Below, piece by piece: positions 47,800 to 56,950 of a stretch of DNA of 64,000 bases. The stretch lies in contig CBDBOV010000006.1 of NCBI GenBank assembly GCA_965208575.1, positions 544,001 to 608,000 of the forward strand, in the 5' to 3' direction. The stretch is from Spirochaetia bacterium. Lineage in GTDB: Bacteria; Spirochaetota; Spirochaetia; SZUA-6; Bin103. A program made the position numbers and the translations under genes. The notes below the pieces were generated by a model, which worked only from the letters and a program-made list of their open reading frames with translations, had not been told where the DNA came from and did no database searches. Numbering within the stretch: position 1 is the first letter of the stretch; every line of letters starts with the position of its first letter.

Positions 47800-48657
47800 T
47801 CACCTCAAGCCTATCGCTGCGAGCCAAGCGTTCACCTGCCCGAAGGCGTCCTGCTGCCACTGATCGGCGGTGCGCTCTCCGAGCAGTTCGGGCCGGTCGA
47901 CGAATTGCCGTACGCCGGTCGGCCCGAAATCCTCCAGAGTGCGGAATTTCTCCGAAATGCGAAGATAGCCCGTCCTCGCCGTGTCGCAGTCGAGGAGCTG
48001 CCAGGTTTCCGCGGCCAGGGCATCGACGCCTCCCGGATAGTTCCAGATGCTGTAGTAGATATCGTAGGCATCCTTTTGCTTGAGCCGATTCGTGATGGCA
48101 AAACCCTTCATGGCAAGTAGTGCGGGAATGGACGCGACGGCGATCTGAACGCGATTACCGCCGCCATCGGGCATTTCGCCGTCGATGGCGACGAGTTGAT
48201 AGAACCTCAGGGCAAGGTCGGCGCCGTCGGCGCGCTGCACGGCGAAATTGGCCAAGAGCGGGCGCGCGTTCCTTGCGATCGTGGCGTCGCGCGGCATCAG
48301 GAAGTCGACGAGGACATCGATGTCGGCGCCGTCGTCCTGAGCGGGAACCGTGCGCACAAGCTGAAAGCGGCGCAGATTTCCGCGCTGGTGGTAGCCCTGC
48401 CTCATGAGTGACTCGACAAGCTGAGCGTATTCGCCACTCTTCAACGCTTCCGCATCCAGACTCAGATCTACGTCGACGGTTCCCACGTGGGGCATATCTG
48501 CCTCGCCGAGCAGCAGCCAGGGAACGGCGCCACCAATCACGGCGAATTTGCCCCTGTAGCTACCGAGAATCTGTCCGATCTCGACCAGCACCGACCTGAC
48601 GGCGGCCGTGGTGCGATCGTCGTAGTCGGAGGCGTACCGCGGCTCTACTTGAGCCAT
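47800..48657 (-). CDS. Nucleotidyltransferase, AbiEii-like type IV TA toxin
   Basis: VIGGAVP, HVGTVDVD, VDFL, MKG...KDAYDI. Confidence 0.8.
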   Translation of the reverse strand: MAQVEPRYASDYDDRTTAAVRSVLVEIGQILGSYRGKFAVIGGAVPWLLLGEADMPHVGTVDVDLSLDAEALKSGEYAQLVESLMRQGYHQRGNLRRFQLVRTVPAQDDGADIDVLVDFLMPRDATIARNARPLLANFAVQRADGADLALRFYQLVAIDGEMPDGGGNRVQIAVASIPALLAMKGFAITNRLKQKDAYDIYYSIWNYPGGVDALAAETWQLLDCDTARTGYLRISEKFRTLEDFGPTGVRQFVDRPELLGERTADQWQQDAFGQVNAWLAAIGLR

Positions 48658-49754
48658 GGGAGGAACTCGCCTGCCAAGTGTGCCGCAGCCTCACGTTCGC
48701 GGTCGTTGCCGCTCCAGAGGTCGAGATAAGTCACGATTGGGCTGGTACAGTATACATTCGGTGCCGGTTCGCTTGCGTCGTCGAACAGGCTCTCATCTGT
48801 TGGGACGTGCAGGACCACGTTCGCTCCCGTTGCGGCGGGCGTCAGCTTCAACTCCTCCTTCAGCAACTGGGCGCCGGGCCCGTCGACATAGAACGTTTGG
48901 GTGCCGCTCCGGCTGAAGGGTGCAAGCCACTGCGCCGCGGAGTGCAGCGAGTAGATCGCACGGGGACGCTCGGGGCCAGCATTGAGCGTTCCGCGAAGCC
49001 GCTCATCAAGGTGCCCACCATGGAGATGGGTGTATCCGGTGATTGTCTGGCCGGGCGGGCGGCGATAGTTCTCACGCCACGTCTGCAGCAGGGCCTTCGG
49101 CTGGATCAGAACGGCACCGTCATCCCCGACCTCAAGCCACTCCCGTTCCAACAGGGCCCTGCGGACATTGCTCACGTGGCCGTAGCTCGCATTGGCCCGT
49201 GCGGCCAGTTCGGCAACGCGCCAAGCCCGATCCGGGTCGCGCAGCAGGACGCGCAAGATGGCTGCCGCCTTCGGGGTAAAGATGGAACGTAGCGCACGGG
49301 TCTCCGAGGGGGGCTTGTCTGCGACAACACGCTCGATGTAGACGGCGTCGAATGCAAGCCGCACGTTCCCGACAAGATCGAGATAGCCCACATCGTGGGC
49401 CGTGCAGATGGCACGCGACTCCGGAGACAGGTAGGGGCTGACAAGCATGGGAATCAGGCGCCGGGCGCCGTTCGCTGCACCGGATTGGCGCACTCGCGCC
49501 ACGTAGCTCTCGAGCTGATAGACCCCCGATCGGACAGAGCGGGGGTCTCCGTTCGACTTCACCTCGACGACGAGCACACAGTTTCCGCCGGGGTAATGAA
49601 AACCGATCATTCCATCGATACCATAGGCAGCGCCGACCTTGCGTTCATACTCGACCGCCTCAGTCTCCATACACGGCAGGTAGTCAAGCAGGTCGCGTAC
49701 CGCAGCCATGGCACGAGTCTCCAGGTCTTTCACTGAACCATGGTATTTCATCAT
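48645..49754 (-). CDS. AbiEi-family type IV TA antitoxin/regulator
   Basis: VEVK, PYLSP, GYLDLVGN, HTH, GANV, SPIVTYLDL...REREAA; overlaps the NTase start. Confidence 0.8.
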   Translation of the reverse strand: MMKYHGSVKDLETRAMAAVRDLLDYLPCMETEAVEYERKVGAAYGIDGMIGFHYPGGNCVLVVEVKSNGDPRSVRSGVYQLESYVARVRQSGAANGARRLIPMLVSPYLSPESRAICTAHDVGYLDLVGNVRLAFDAVYIERVVADKPPSETRALRSIFTPKAAAILRVLLRDPDRAWRVAELAARANASYGHVSNVRRALLEREWLEVGDDGAVLIQPKALLQTWRENYRRPPGQTITGYTHLHGGHLDERLRGTLNAGPERPRAIYSLHSAAQWLAPFSRSGTQTFYVDGPGAQLLKEELKLTPAATGANVVLHVPTDESLFDDASEPAPNVYCTSPIVTYLDLWSGNDREREAAAHLAGEFLPWLK

Positions 49755-49781
49755 ACGATGAAAATAGCCTTAACAGTGAAA
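49728..49781. promoter_or_regulatory. Imperfect inverted repeat over the AbiEi start, putative autoregulatory operator
   Basis: TTTCACTG...TATTTCATC-ATAC-GATGAAAATA...CAGTGAAA. Confidence 0.6.
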
Positions 49782-49974
49782 TCAGGCAAGCTGGCCATCG
49801 GTCCGGCGGTGCCTCCATACCGTGCCGGTCAGAGGGCGTAGTAGCACGCAGAGTCCGCTCTCATACCGCTCTTATCCGCTGCAGCTTGCGGAACGTGACG
49901 GCGGAGGTATACTGCCCGCTAAGAATCGGGAGCGACGCGGCAGGATCGTCGCCTCCGAAGTCAAGGAGGACTGT

Positions 49975-51057
49975 ATGCATACAGCCAAACTGATGGCGAT
50001 CGCCGCCATGACGGCAATCCTGGGCGCCGGCTACCTGGCCGCACAGGAAGACGCCACCAAACCCGCCGGCTACGGCCACCGCCTGGAGCTGGTACGCGAG
50101 CGCGGCAAGCTGCTGTGCGCCGACAACACCGAGTTGGCGGCGTGGAGCTGGATCGACGAGGACGGCAAGAACCGCGGCTTCGGGCCCGACTACTGCCGCG
50201 CCTACGCGGCGGCGGTGTTCGGCGACGCCACCGACGACAACTGGGAGATCGTCAACATCACCTTTGCCGAGCGTCCCACCGTGATGCAGTCGGGCGAGAT
50301 CGACGTGATGACCATCGCCAACACCTGGACCGCGCACCGCGAGGTGCACTGGGGCAACTTCGTCGACATCGTGCACTATGCCGGTCTGGGCGTGATCAGC
50401 ACCAAGGACAGCGGCATCGTCGCCAACGACTGGCAGAGCCTGGACGGCATGACCGGCTGCACCGGCGCCGGCACCAACTACGTGCAGATGGCGGCCGACA
50501 TGGAGGCGGAGTACGGCGTGCAGTTCGAACTGGCGCTGTACGAGATCGGCGGCGTGCGCGATGCCTACGACGCCGGGCGCTGCGACTTCGTGCTCACCGG
50601 CAGCGACGGCACCGGCTCCTTCGTGCGCCAGTTGACCCGCTCCACCCCGGACGACCACAACATCTGGACCAGCGTGTTCGGCAAGGATCCGTGGGCGATG
50701 CTGGTGCCGCACGGCGACGACCAGTGGTTCGACCTGGTCCGGATGGTGGGCTGGATCCTGGTGAACGCCGAGGAGCTGGGCGTGACCCAGGACAACGTCG
50801 AGGAGATGTACGCCAACTCCGCGAGCGTCAAGGTGCAGCGCCTGCTCGGCGCGGAGGGCACCTGGGGCCAGGACCGGCTGCAGATCGCGGACGACGTTGC
50901 CGTGAACATCATCAAGGAAGTGGGCAACTACGGCGAGATCATCCACCGCTACTACAGCGTCGAGGCGGAGGAGAAGGGCTGGGGATTCTACCGCGAACGC
51001 GGACCCGACAACCTGTACCTGCGCGGCGGCCTGATCTACGTGCCGGAAAACACCTGA
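49975..51057 (+). CDS. aapJ: General L-amino acid ABC substrate-binding protein (AapJ/BztA-like)
   Basis: VRERGKLLC, DYCRAYAAAVFGD, GDDQWFDLVR, VGNYGEI, GGLIY; AAGGAGG RBS. Confidence 0.88.
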   Translation: MHTAKLMAIAAMTAILGAGYLAAQEDATKPAGYGHRLELVRERGKLLCADNTELAAWSWIDEDGKNRGFGPDYCRAYAAAVFGDATDDNWEIVNITFAERPTVMQSGEIDVMTIANTWTAHREVHWGNFVDIVHYAGLGVISTKDSGIVANDWQSLDGMTGCTGAGTNYVQMAADMEAEYGVQFELALYEIGGVRDAYDAGRCDFVLTGSDGTGSFVRQLTRSTPDDHNIWTSVFGKDPWAMLVPHGDDQWFDLVRMVGWILVNAEELGVTQDNVEEMYANSASVKVQRLLGAEGTWGQDRLQIADDVAVNIIKEVGNYGEIIHRYYSVEAEEKGWGFYRERGPDNLYLRGGLIYVPENT

Positions 51058-51080
51058 TCGACCGCTTGAAGCTACGACCT

Positions 51081-51117
51081 GGAGCCGGGCTGCCTGGTGC
51101 GGCCCGGCTCCTTTGTT
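51081..51117 (+). terminator. Intra-operon stem-loop/terminator after the SBP gene
   Basis: GGAGCCGGGC...GCCCGGCTCC followed by TTTGTT. Confidence 0.7.
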
Positions 51118-51135
51118 CTACGCCGCCGTAACGCC

Positions 51136-52350
51136 ATGGCCGGACCCGTCCGGGGCGACCTGCGCAGTCGCGTCGAGACCCACTCCAGCGTGCCGCTGTG
51201 GCGCAACATCCACGTGCTGCAGGCGGCCACGCAGATCGCCGCGGCGCTGCTGATCGTCGGGCTGATCGGGTTTCTGCTGAACAACCTGTTCGTCAACGCC
51301 GAGAAGCGCGGCGTCGACCTGGGCTTCGGCTTCCTGTCGCTGCGCGCGTCGATCAAGATCTCCAACGCCGCCATCCCCTACTCCCCGGACAACTCCTACT
51401 TCTACGCGTTCCTGGTCGGGGTGGTGCACACCCTGCGCGCCACCCTGCTCGGCATCGTGCTGGCGACCATCCTGGGCGTGCTGGTCGGGGTGGCGCGGCT
51501 GTCGCACAACTGGCTGGTGCAGAAGATCTTCGCGGTGTACATCGGGGCGATCCGCAACATACCGCTGATCGTGACCTGCTACTTCTTCTACTTCGGGCTG
51601 GTGCTGCGCATGCCGATTACCAAGGAGGCGATCCGCCTGCCGGGACCGATCTTCCTGAGCAACCGCGGCGTGTACACGATCTGGGGTGAACCGACCGCCA
51701 GCTTCGGCACCTGGCTGCTGATCCTGCTCATCGCCCTGATCGCCGGCTACTTCGTGCGCCGCTGGCTCCGGCGCCGCGAGACCCGCACCGGCACCCCCTC
51801 CTACCCCAACCTGGCGGCGTTCGGCCTGCTGGCGGTGGTGGGGGCGCTCGGCTGGCTGGTGCTGGCCGGCGGCGGCGAGCCGCCGCTGACCCCCACCGTG
51901 CCGTTTCTCAAGGGCACCAACTTCCGCGGCGGGCTGCGCATGACGCCGGAGTACTTCGCCCTGGTGGCGTGCCTGACCGTGTACATCGCCACCTACATCG
52001 GCGAAATCGTGCGCGGCGCGATCCAGTCGATCCCGCGCGGGCAGCTCGAAGCGGCGCGCGCGGTGGGCCTGAGCGAAGTGCACGTGCTGCGCTACATCGT
52101 GATTCCGCAGGCGCTGCGCATCATCGTGCCGCCCACCATCGGCCAGTACATCAACCTCACCAAGGGCTCGTCGCTGGCCATCGTGGTGGGGTACGCGGAC
52201 ATCTACGTGGTTACCCGCAACATCATCGAGCAGTCGGGCAGTTCGGCGCCGATGTTCCTGCTGATCATCGCCACCTACCTGATCATCGCCGGCGTCTACT
52301 CGCTGATCGGCAACCTGTACAACCGGTCGGTGCAGATCGTGGAGCGTTAG
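51136..52350 (+). CDS. aapQ: Amino acid ABC permease (AapQ/BztB-like)
   Basis: GFGFL, ARLSHNWL, LSNRG, GQLEAARAVGL, KGSSLAI. Confidence 0.9.
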   Translation: MAGPVRGDLRSRVETHSSVPLWRNIHVLQAATQIAAALLIVGLIGFLLNNLFVNAEKRGVDLGFGFLSLRASIKISNAAIPYSPDNSYFYAFLVGVVHTLRATLLGIVLATILGVLVGVARLSHNWLVQKIFAVYIGAIRNIPLIVTCYFFYFGLVLRMPITKEAIRLPGPIFLSNRGVYTIWGEPTASFGTWLLILLIALIAGYFVRRWLRRRETRTGTPSYPNLAAFGLLAVVGALGWLVLAGGGEPPLTPTVPFLKGTNFRGGLRMTPEYFALVACLTVYIATYIGEIVRGAIQSIPRGQLEAARAVGLSEVHVLRYIVIPQALRIIVPPTIGQYINLTKGSSLAIVVGYADIYVVTRNIIEQSGSSAPMFLLIIATYLIIAGVYSLIGNLYNRSVQIVER

Positions 52351-52353
52351 CGC

Positions 52354-53583
52354 ATGGCGGACGTGGCCGGCAGCGTGGACGGGGCCGACGAAGTCAGACC
52401 GCCGGTAGCGAGCACCGGCCCGCTCGGCTGGGTGCGCGCCAACCTGCTGGACACCTGGTACAACGCACTGCTGACCGTTGCCGTACTCGCCGCCGCGTAC
52501 TACGTGGTGCGCGGATTCGGCGGCTGGGCGCTGCAGACCGCCGAGTGGGCGGTGCTGACCCAGAACCTGCAGGTGCTGCTGGTGGGCCAGTATCCCGACG
52601 AGGAGGTGTGGCGCGCCGGCGTGGTGATGCTCGCCCTGCCGTTCGTGCTGGGCCTGGGCTGGTCGGTGTGGCCCGGGTTCTGCCGCCGGCTCGCCGTCAG
52701 CCTGGCGGTCGCGGCGCCGCTGGTGGCGCTGCTGCCGGTCGAGTTCGCCAGCCTCGGCGCCGGTTTCCGCATCTTCCTGCTGCTCAACACCGTGCTGGTG
52801 GGCGCCGGCTGGCTGGTGGGCCGCTACACGGCGCTCGGCAACCCGCGCTGGGTGCTGGGGGTCTGGCTGCTGCTGTTCCTGGGCGGGCTGGTGTTCCTGC
52901 GCGGCTTCGCCGAGAGCGAGGCGCTGCCGTTCGTCGGCACCAAGCAATGGGGCGGCCTGATGGTCACGCTGCTGCTGTCGCAGGCGGGCATCGTGGTTTC
53001 CTTCCCGCTCGGCATCCTGTTCGCGCTCGGGCGGCGCAGCTCGATGGCGTTCGTGCGCGTGGCGTGCGTGGCGTACATCGAGGTGCTGCGCGGCACCCCC
53101 ATCCTGGCGCTGTTGTTCGTGACCCAGGTGCTGCTGCCGCTGCTGCTGCCCGACTGGATGGACATGGACCGGCTCACCCGCGGGCTGATCGCGCTGATCC
53201 TGAACAACTCGGCGTACATGGCGGAGAACATCCGCGGCGGCCTGCAGTCGGTGCCCGCCGGCCAACTGGAGGCGGCGCGCGCGCTCGGCATGAAGGTGCA
53301 CCACATCACGGCGCGCATCGTGCTGCCGCAGGCGCTGCGCAACGTGCTGCCGGCGATCGTCGGGCAGTTCATCATCCTGTTCAAGGACACCGCGGTGATC
53401 TCGCTGCTCGGCCTGCTCGACTTCCTCGGCACCGCCAACGCCATCCTGTCCGGGCGCCGCATGTGGTTCAACGCCGAGATCGAAATGTTCGTGTTCGTGG
53501 CGGCGGTGTACTGGGTGTTCACCTACGCCATGACCAGCGTCAGCCGCGCCATCGAGAAGTCAATGAGCAAGGGGGTGGGATAG
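52354..53583 (+). CDS. aapM: Amino acid ABC permease (AapM/BztC-like)
   Basis: WVRANL, GQYP, WGGLMVTL, LGRRS, LFKDT. Confidence 0.9.
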   Translation: MADVAGSVDGADEVRPPVASTGPLGWVRANLLDTWYNALLTVAVLAAAYYVVRGFGGWALQTAEWAVLTQNLQVLLVGQYPDEEVWRAGVVMLALPFVLGLGWSVWPGFCRRLAVSLAVAAPLVALLPVEFASLGAGFRIFLLLNTVLVGAGWLVGRYTALGNPRWVLGVWLLLFLGGLVFLRGFAESEALPFVGTKQWGGLMVTLLLSQAGIVVSFPLGILFALGRRSSMAFVRVACVAYIEVLRGTPILALLFVTQVLLPLLLPDWMDMDRLTRGLIALILNNSAYMAENIRGGLQSVPAGQLEAARALGMKVHHITARIVLPQALRNVLPAIVGQFIILFKDTAVISLLGLLDFLGTANAILSGRRMWFNAEIEMFVFVAAVYWVFTYAMTSVSRAIEKSMSKGVG

Positions 53584-54329
53584 TGGCGAAGGAGCGCAAC
53601 GGCATCATCGTGGTGCGCGAGCTGCACAAGTGGTTCGGGGATTTCCACGTGCTGCGCGGCATCTCGATGCAGATCTACGAGGGCGAGAAGATGGTGATCT
53701 TCGGTCCGTCGGGATCGGGCAAGTCCACCTTCATCCGCACCCTCAACCGGCTCGAGGAACACCAGCGCGGCGACATCGTGGTGGACGGCATCGAGCTGTC
53801 CGCCGACATCCGCAATATCGACGCCATCCGCAGCGAGATCGGCATGGTGTTCCAGTCGTTCAACCTGTTCCCGCACCTGACGGTGCTCGACAACATCACG
53901 CTCGCGCCGATCCTGGTGCGCCACCTGTCCAAGGACGACGCGGGCGCGCTCGCCATGCGCTACCTGGAGCGGGTCGGCATCCCCGAGCAGGCCGAGAAGT
54001 ATCCCGGCCAGCTCTCCGGCGGCCAGCAGCAACGCGTCGCCATCGCGCGCGCGCTGGCGATGCAGCCCAAGATCATGATGTTCGACGAACCCACCTCGGC
54101 GCTCGACCCGGAGATGATCAAGGAGGTGCTCGACGTGATGGTGGAGCTGGCCGAATCGGGCATGACGATGATCGTGGTGACCCACGAGATGGGCTTCGCG
54201 CGCCAGGTGGCGGACCGGATGGTGATGTTCGACGAGGGCAAGGTGGTGGAGATGGGCACCCCGGATGAGGTGCTCGAACACCCGCGGCATGAGCGCACCC
54301 AGCAGTTCCTGGCGCAAATTCTGACCTGA
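53583..54329 (+). CDS. aapP: Amino acid ABC ATP-binding protein (AapP/BztD-like)
   Basis: GPSGSGKST, LSGGQQQR, FDEPTSALDPEM, VTHEM. Confidence 0.93.
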   Translation: MAKERNGIIVVRELHKWFGDFHVLRGISMQIYEGEKMVIFGPSGSGKSTFIRTLNRLEEHQRGDIVVDGIELSADIRNIDAIRSEIGMVFQSFNLFPHLTVLDNITLAPILVRHLSKDDAGALAMRYLERVGIPEQAEKYPGQLSGGQQQRVAIARALAMQPKIMMFDEPTSALDPEMIKEVLDVMVELAESGMTMIVVTHEMGFARQVADRMVMFDEGKVVEMGTPDEVLEHPRHERTQQFLAQILT

Positions 54330-54553
54330 CCTGAGTCATACCCGAGGTGCCCGGAGAGAGCTGACCATCGAAGGGGGCCATGGCGGCAACCGCACGACCA
54401 GTCGTCGTCGACTGCACGCCGTAACTGCGGCCAGTGGCTGCAGGGTGATCCCATGCTGACGGACGTGATGGAGGGACAAGCGCCGACTCGGTGAGCAAGC
54501 AAGTTCGTGACGGCGAATTCGTCGGGCCTCAGTCTCCCGCCTACGCACGGCCG

Positions 54554-55705
54554 TCACCCCGACAGGACTCGCCGCACCTCGTCCGCTTCCACCGCCAGCG
54601 CCGCGGCGATCGCCTCGGCATCCTGTCCCAGGCCATGCAGGCGGCGGATCGCCTGCGCGAGCAGCAAGCGCCGCTCCTGCTCCGCCTGTTGCTGCGCCTG
54701 TTCCGCCTGCTGCCGCTCCTGCTGCGCCTGCTGCCGCTCCTGCTGCGCCTGCTGCCGCTCCCGCAGCGCCTGCTGCCGCTCCTGCTGCGCCCGCTGCCGC
54801 TGCTGTTCCGCCTGCTGCTGTGCCCGTTCCGCCTGCTGTTGCGCCCGCTCCGCTCGCTGCGCCCGCTCCCGCTCCTGCTGCGCCCGCTGCCGCTCCTGTG
54901 CTATAAGGCGGTCGCGATGCTCCACCTGCCGCGCCAGCAGCATCGAGTCTCGCAACAGCAGGTCCTCTCCCTCCATGTCGCGCCGCACCTCTTCTTCCGC
55001 CATCGCCTCCCGCAACTGCCGCAGCACGAAGGCGCACTCCGCCGGATACTCCCCTTCTTCGATCGTCAGCACGTGCGCGTCACCCCGTCCGTTGCCTTTC
55101 ACCAAGCCCTGGTCGAAGATCGCCAGCAGCCGCTCCAACTCGTCCCGCCGCCGGCTCGCCAGCCGCGGTATCTGGATGATGTGGCTGCGGTGATGGATCC
55201 CCTCCACCAGCGGATGGCTCGCCGCAAGCTCCCGCCCCGTGCGCCGCTCGGTTACCTGCGGGCACACGTCGATCACCGCCTCGTCCGACAGGTCATCCAG
55301 GGCGTAGCCCAGGAAGTAGATGGTCACGATCGGCACCGCCTCGGTGCGGCCCGACGGATGGGTAAGGATGTTGTCGCCGCTGCCGATCTGCTGGCCCAGG
55401 TAGCGCCGGAAGCGCTCGATCACGGTCGGCGCGCTGGTCTTCTGAATCTCGATCAGCACCTGCCGCTCGCCGCCGTCGGCAGTGCGCACGCGGGCGGCGA
55501 AGTCCATGCGCAGCAGCGTCAGCGGCTGGACGCGCTCCGGGTCTTCGGGAGTGCGGCGCACGGCGCTCTCCTGCGGGCTGACGGTGAGCGACCGCACCGC
55601 GAGGCCGGTGATCCTGCCGATCAGCAGGCGGGCGACCCGGTCGTTCTGCATCAGGTACTTGAACACCACGTCGTAGATGGGGTTGGCGACGTCCACGCTC
55701 CGCAT
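54554..55705 (-). CDS. Rpn-like PD-(D/E)XK nuclease/putative transposase with coiled-coil repeat tail
   Basis: ANPIYDVVFKYL, RMDF, IEIQK, PIVTIYFLG; QERQQAQ heptads; terminal HTH-like EAIAAALAVEADEV. Confidence 0.85.
   Translation of the reverse strand: MRSVDVANPIYDVVFKYLMQNDRVARLLIGRITGLAVRSLTVSPQESAVRRTPEDPERVQPLTLLRMDFAARVRTADGGERQVLIEIQKTSAPTVIERFRRYLGQQIGSGDNILTHPSGRTEAVPIVTIYFLGYALDDLSDEAVIDVCPQVTERRTGRELAASHPLVEGIHHRSHIIQIPRLASRRRDELERLLAIFDQGLVKGNGRGDAHVLTIEEGEYPAECAFVLRQLREAMAEEEVRRDMEGEDLLLRDSMLLARQVEHRDRLIAQERQRAQQERERAQRAERAQQQAERAQQQAEQQRQRAQQERQQALRERQQAQQERQQAQQERQQAEQAQQQAEQERRLLLAQAIRRLHGLGQDAEAIAAALAVEADEVRRVLSG
54671..54900. repeat. 21-bp (7-aa) degenerate tandem repeat in the Rpn-like tail
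   Basis: CTGCCGCTCCTGCTGCGC units; 49 aa longer than copy 1. Confidence 0.9.
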
Positions 55706-56026
55706 TGAACCGGCGGCCCGCGCGCTGCGTCAATCGCCGTCAATCGCCTTGCCCCTGTTGCGGATGGTCGGTGCGGCGACGGTGTCATGCACCGACGGGC
55801 GTGCTCGCTGGTCTATTGCCGGGGGCGGGCGGCGCCGGATGCCGGCGAAGGCTCGGGCGTGCTTCACGCCCCTCCTCCGATCGCGACTGGCCGCCTGCGA
55901 CTCGGTAGCGTGGGATAGTCCTGAGTGGCTGCGGCGGCGGCGTTGGACAGCGGGAGCGACTCGGAACACGATGAACGCTTCCTGGAATGCGCGCTTACGT
56001 AGTCCGCCGCCTCCTGCTCGCCGTCG

Positions 56027-56950
56027 TTACTCGTGCTCGCCAGTCAGGGTCGGCAGGACGTCCGCCAGGGTGATGCCGAAGTCGTTTTCCTGGGTGGCTT
56101 GAAAGACCGGGAGAGACAGCTTGTTGGGAGCCGCGTTCCCTCGAAAACCGCCGAGACGTTGCAATTTTGCCATGGTGGGACTGCCGGCCACCCGATGCCA
56201 GTCGATCGGCGTCGCCGGATCGCAGGTGCGCAGCGATACCGCCACGCGCCGATCCTCGGTCGTCTGCGTCGCGTGGATGGTGTTGAGGCTCAGCAGCAGC
56301 AGGTCGCCGGGTCCCACCTCCGGAATCTCCATGACCTCCTCAATCTCCAGGTCCTCGTCGTGATGGTAGACCCCGCTCCAGTCGGACAGGTACAACGTCC
56401 CGCCGTCGCGCAGCGAGTACAACCTGCTCGCGCCCGAGCGCCGGCAGAGGTTGAACACTCGCGGCGACTTCTCGCGCAGCCGATCCCAGGGAATCACGCG
56501 CAGCCCCGCCTCCGTGCGGGACGGCTTGACCAGCGGAATCCAGTAATTGAGATGAGTCGGATTGTACTCGGTCAGGAAGAAGTGATCGTGATCCTGATGC
56601 CAGGAAAGATCGGTGACCGGCGTCTGGAGATAAAGGATCTGATAGAGCGCGGCCCTGGCTCCGGTCACGCCGCCGGCGAATTCTTCCATCCGCGGACGTA
56701 TCCGGTGGAAGGTTTCCCTTCGTCCCATTGCGTTGGCACGCAGAGCTCCGCTTTGACCGGCAACCGGCTTGTCGCCAAGGTGCTGCGCCGCATGCCTGGT
56801 TTTCGTCGGGGGCGAATAGTCCGGGCTGGTATCGAATTCTGCCACCAGGAAGTCGATCTCGTCACGGTTCAGAAACCCCGGGACAACGCAGAAGCCCCGT
56901 TCGTCGAGCGCGGCTGCAATTGCCTTGAAGTCGGCCTTGAAATCGGTCAT
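56027..56950 (-). CDS. PhyH-like Fe(II)/2-oxoglutarate dioxygenase
   Basis: LDERGFCVVPGFL, WHQDHD, NYWIPL, GPGDLLL...IHAT...RVAVSLR. Confidence 0.8.
   Translation of the reverse strand: MTDFKADFKAIAAALDERGFCVVPGFLNRDEIDFLVAEFDTSPDYSPPTKTRHAAQHLGDKPVAGQSGALRANAMGRRETFHRIRPRMEEFAGGVTGARAALYQILYLQTPVTDLSWHQDHDHFFLTEYNPTHLNYWIPLVKPSRTEAGLRVIPWDRLREKSPRVFNLCRRSGASRLYSLRDGGTLYLSDWSGVYHHDEDLEIEEVMEIPEVGPGDLLLLSLNTIHATQTTEDRRVAVSLRTCDPATPIDWHRVAGSPTMAKLQRLGGFRGNAAPNKLSLPVFQATQENDFGITLADVLPTLTGEHE

Larger units (their letters stand above)
54479..55923 (-). mobile_element. Copy 2 of the Rpn-like gene element
   Basis: Same ends as 33828-35117, in an unrelated context. Confidence 0.7.
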
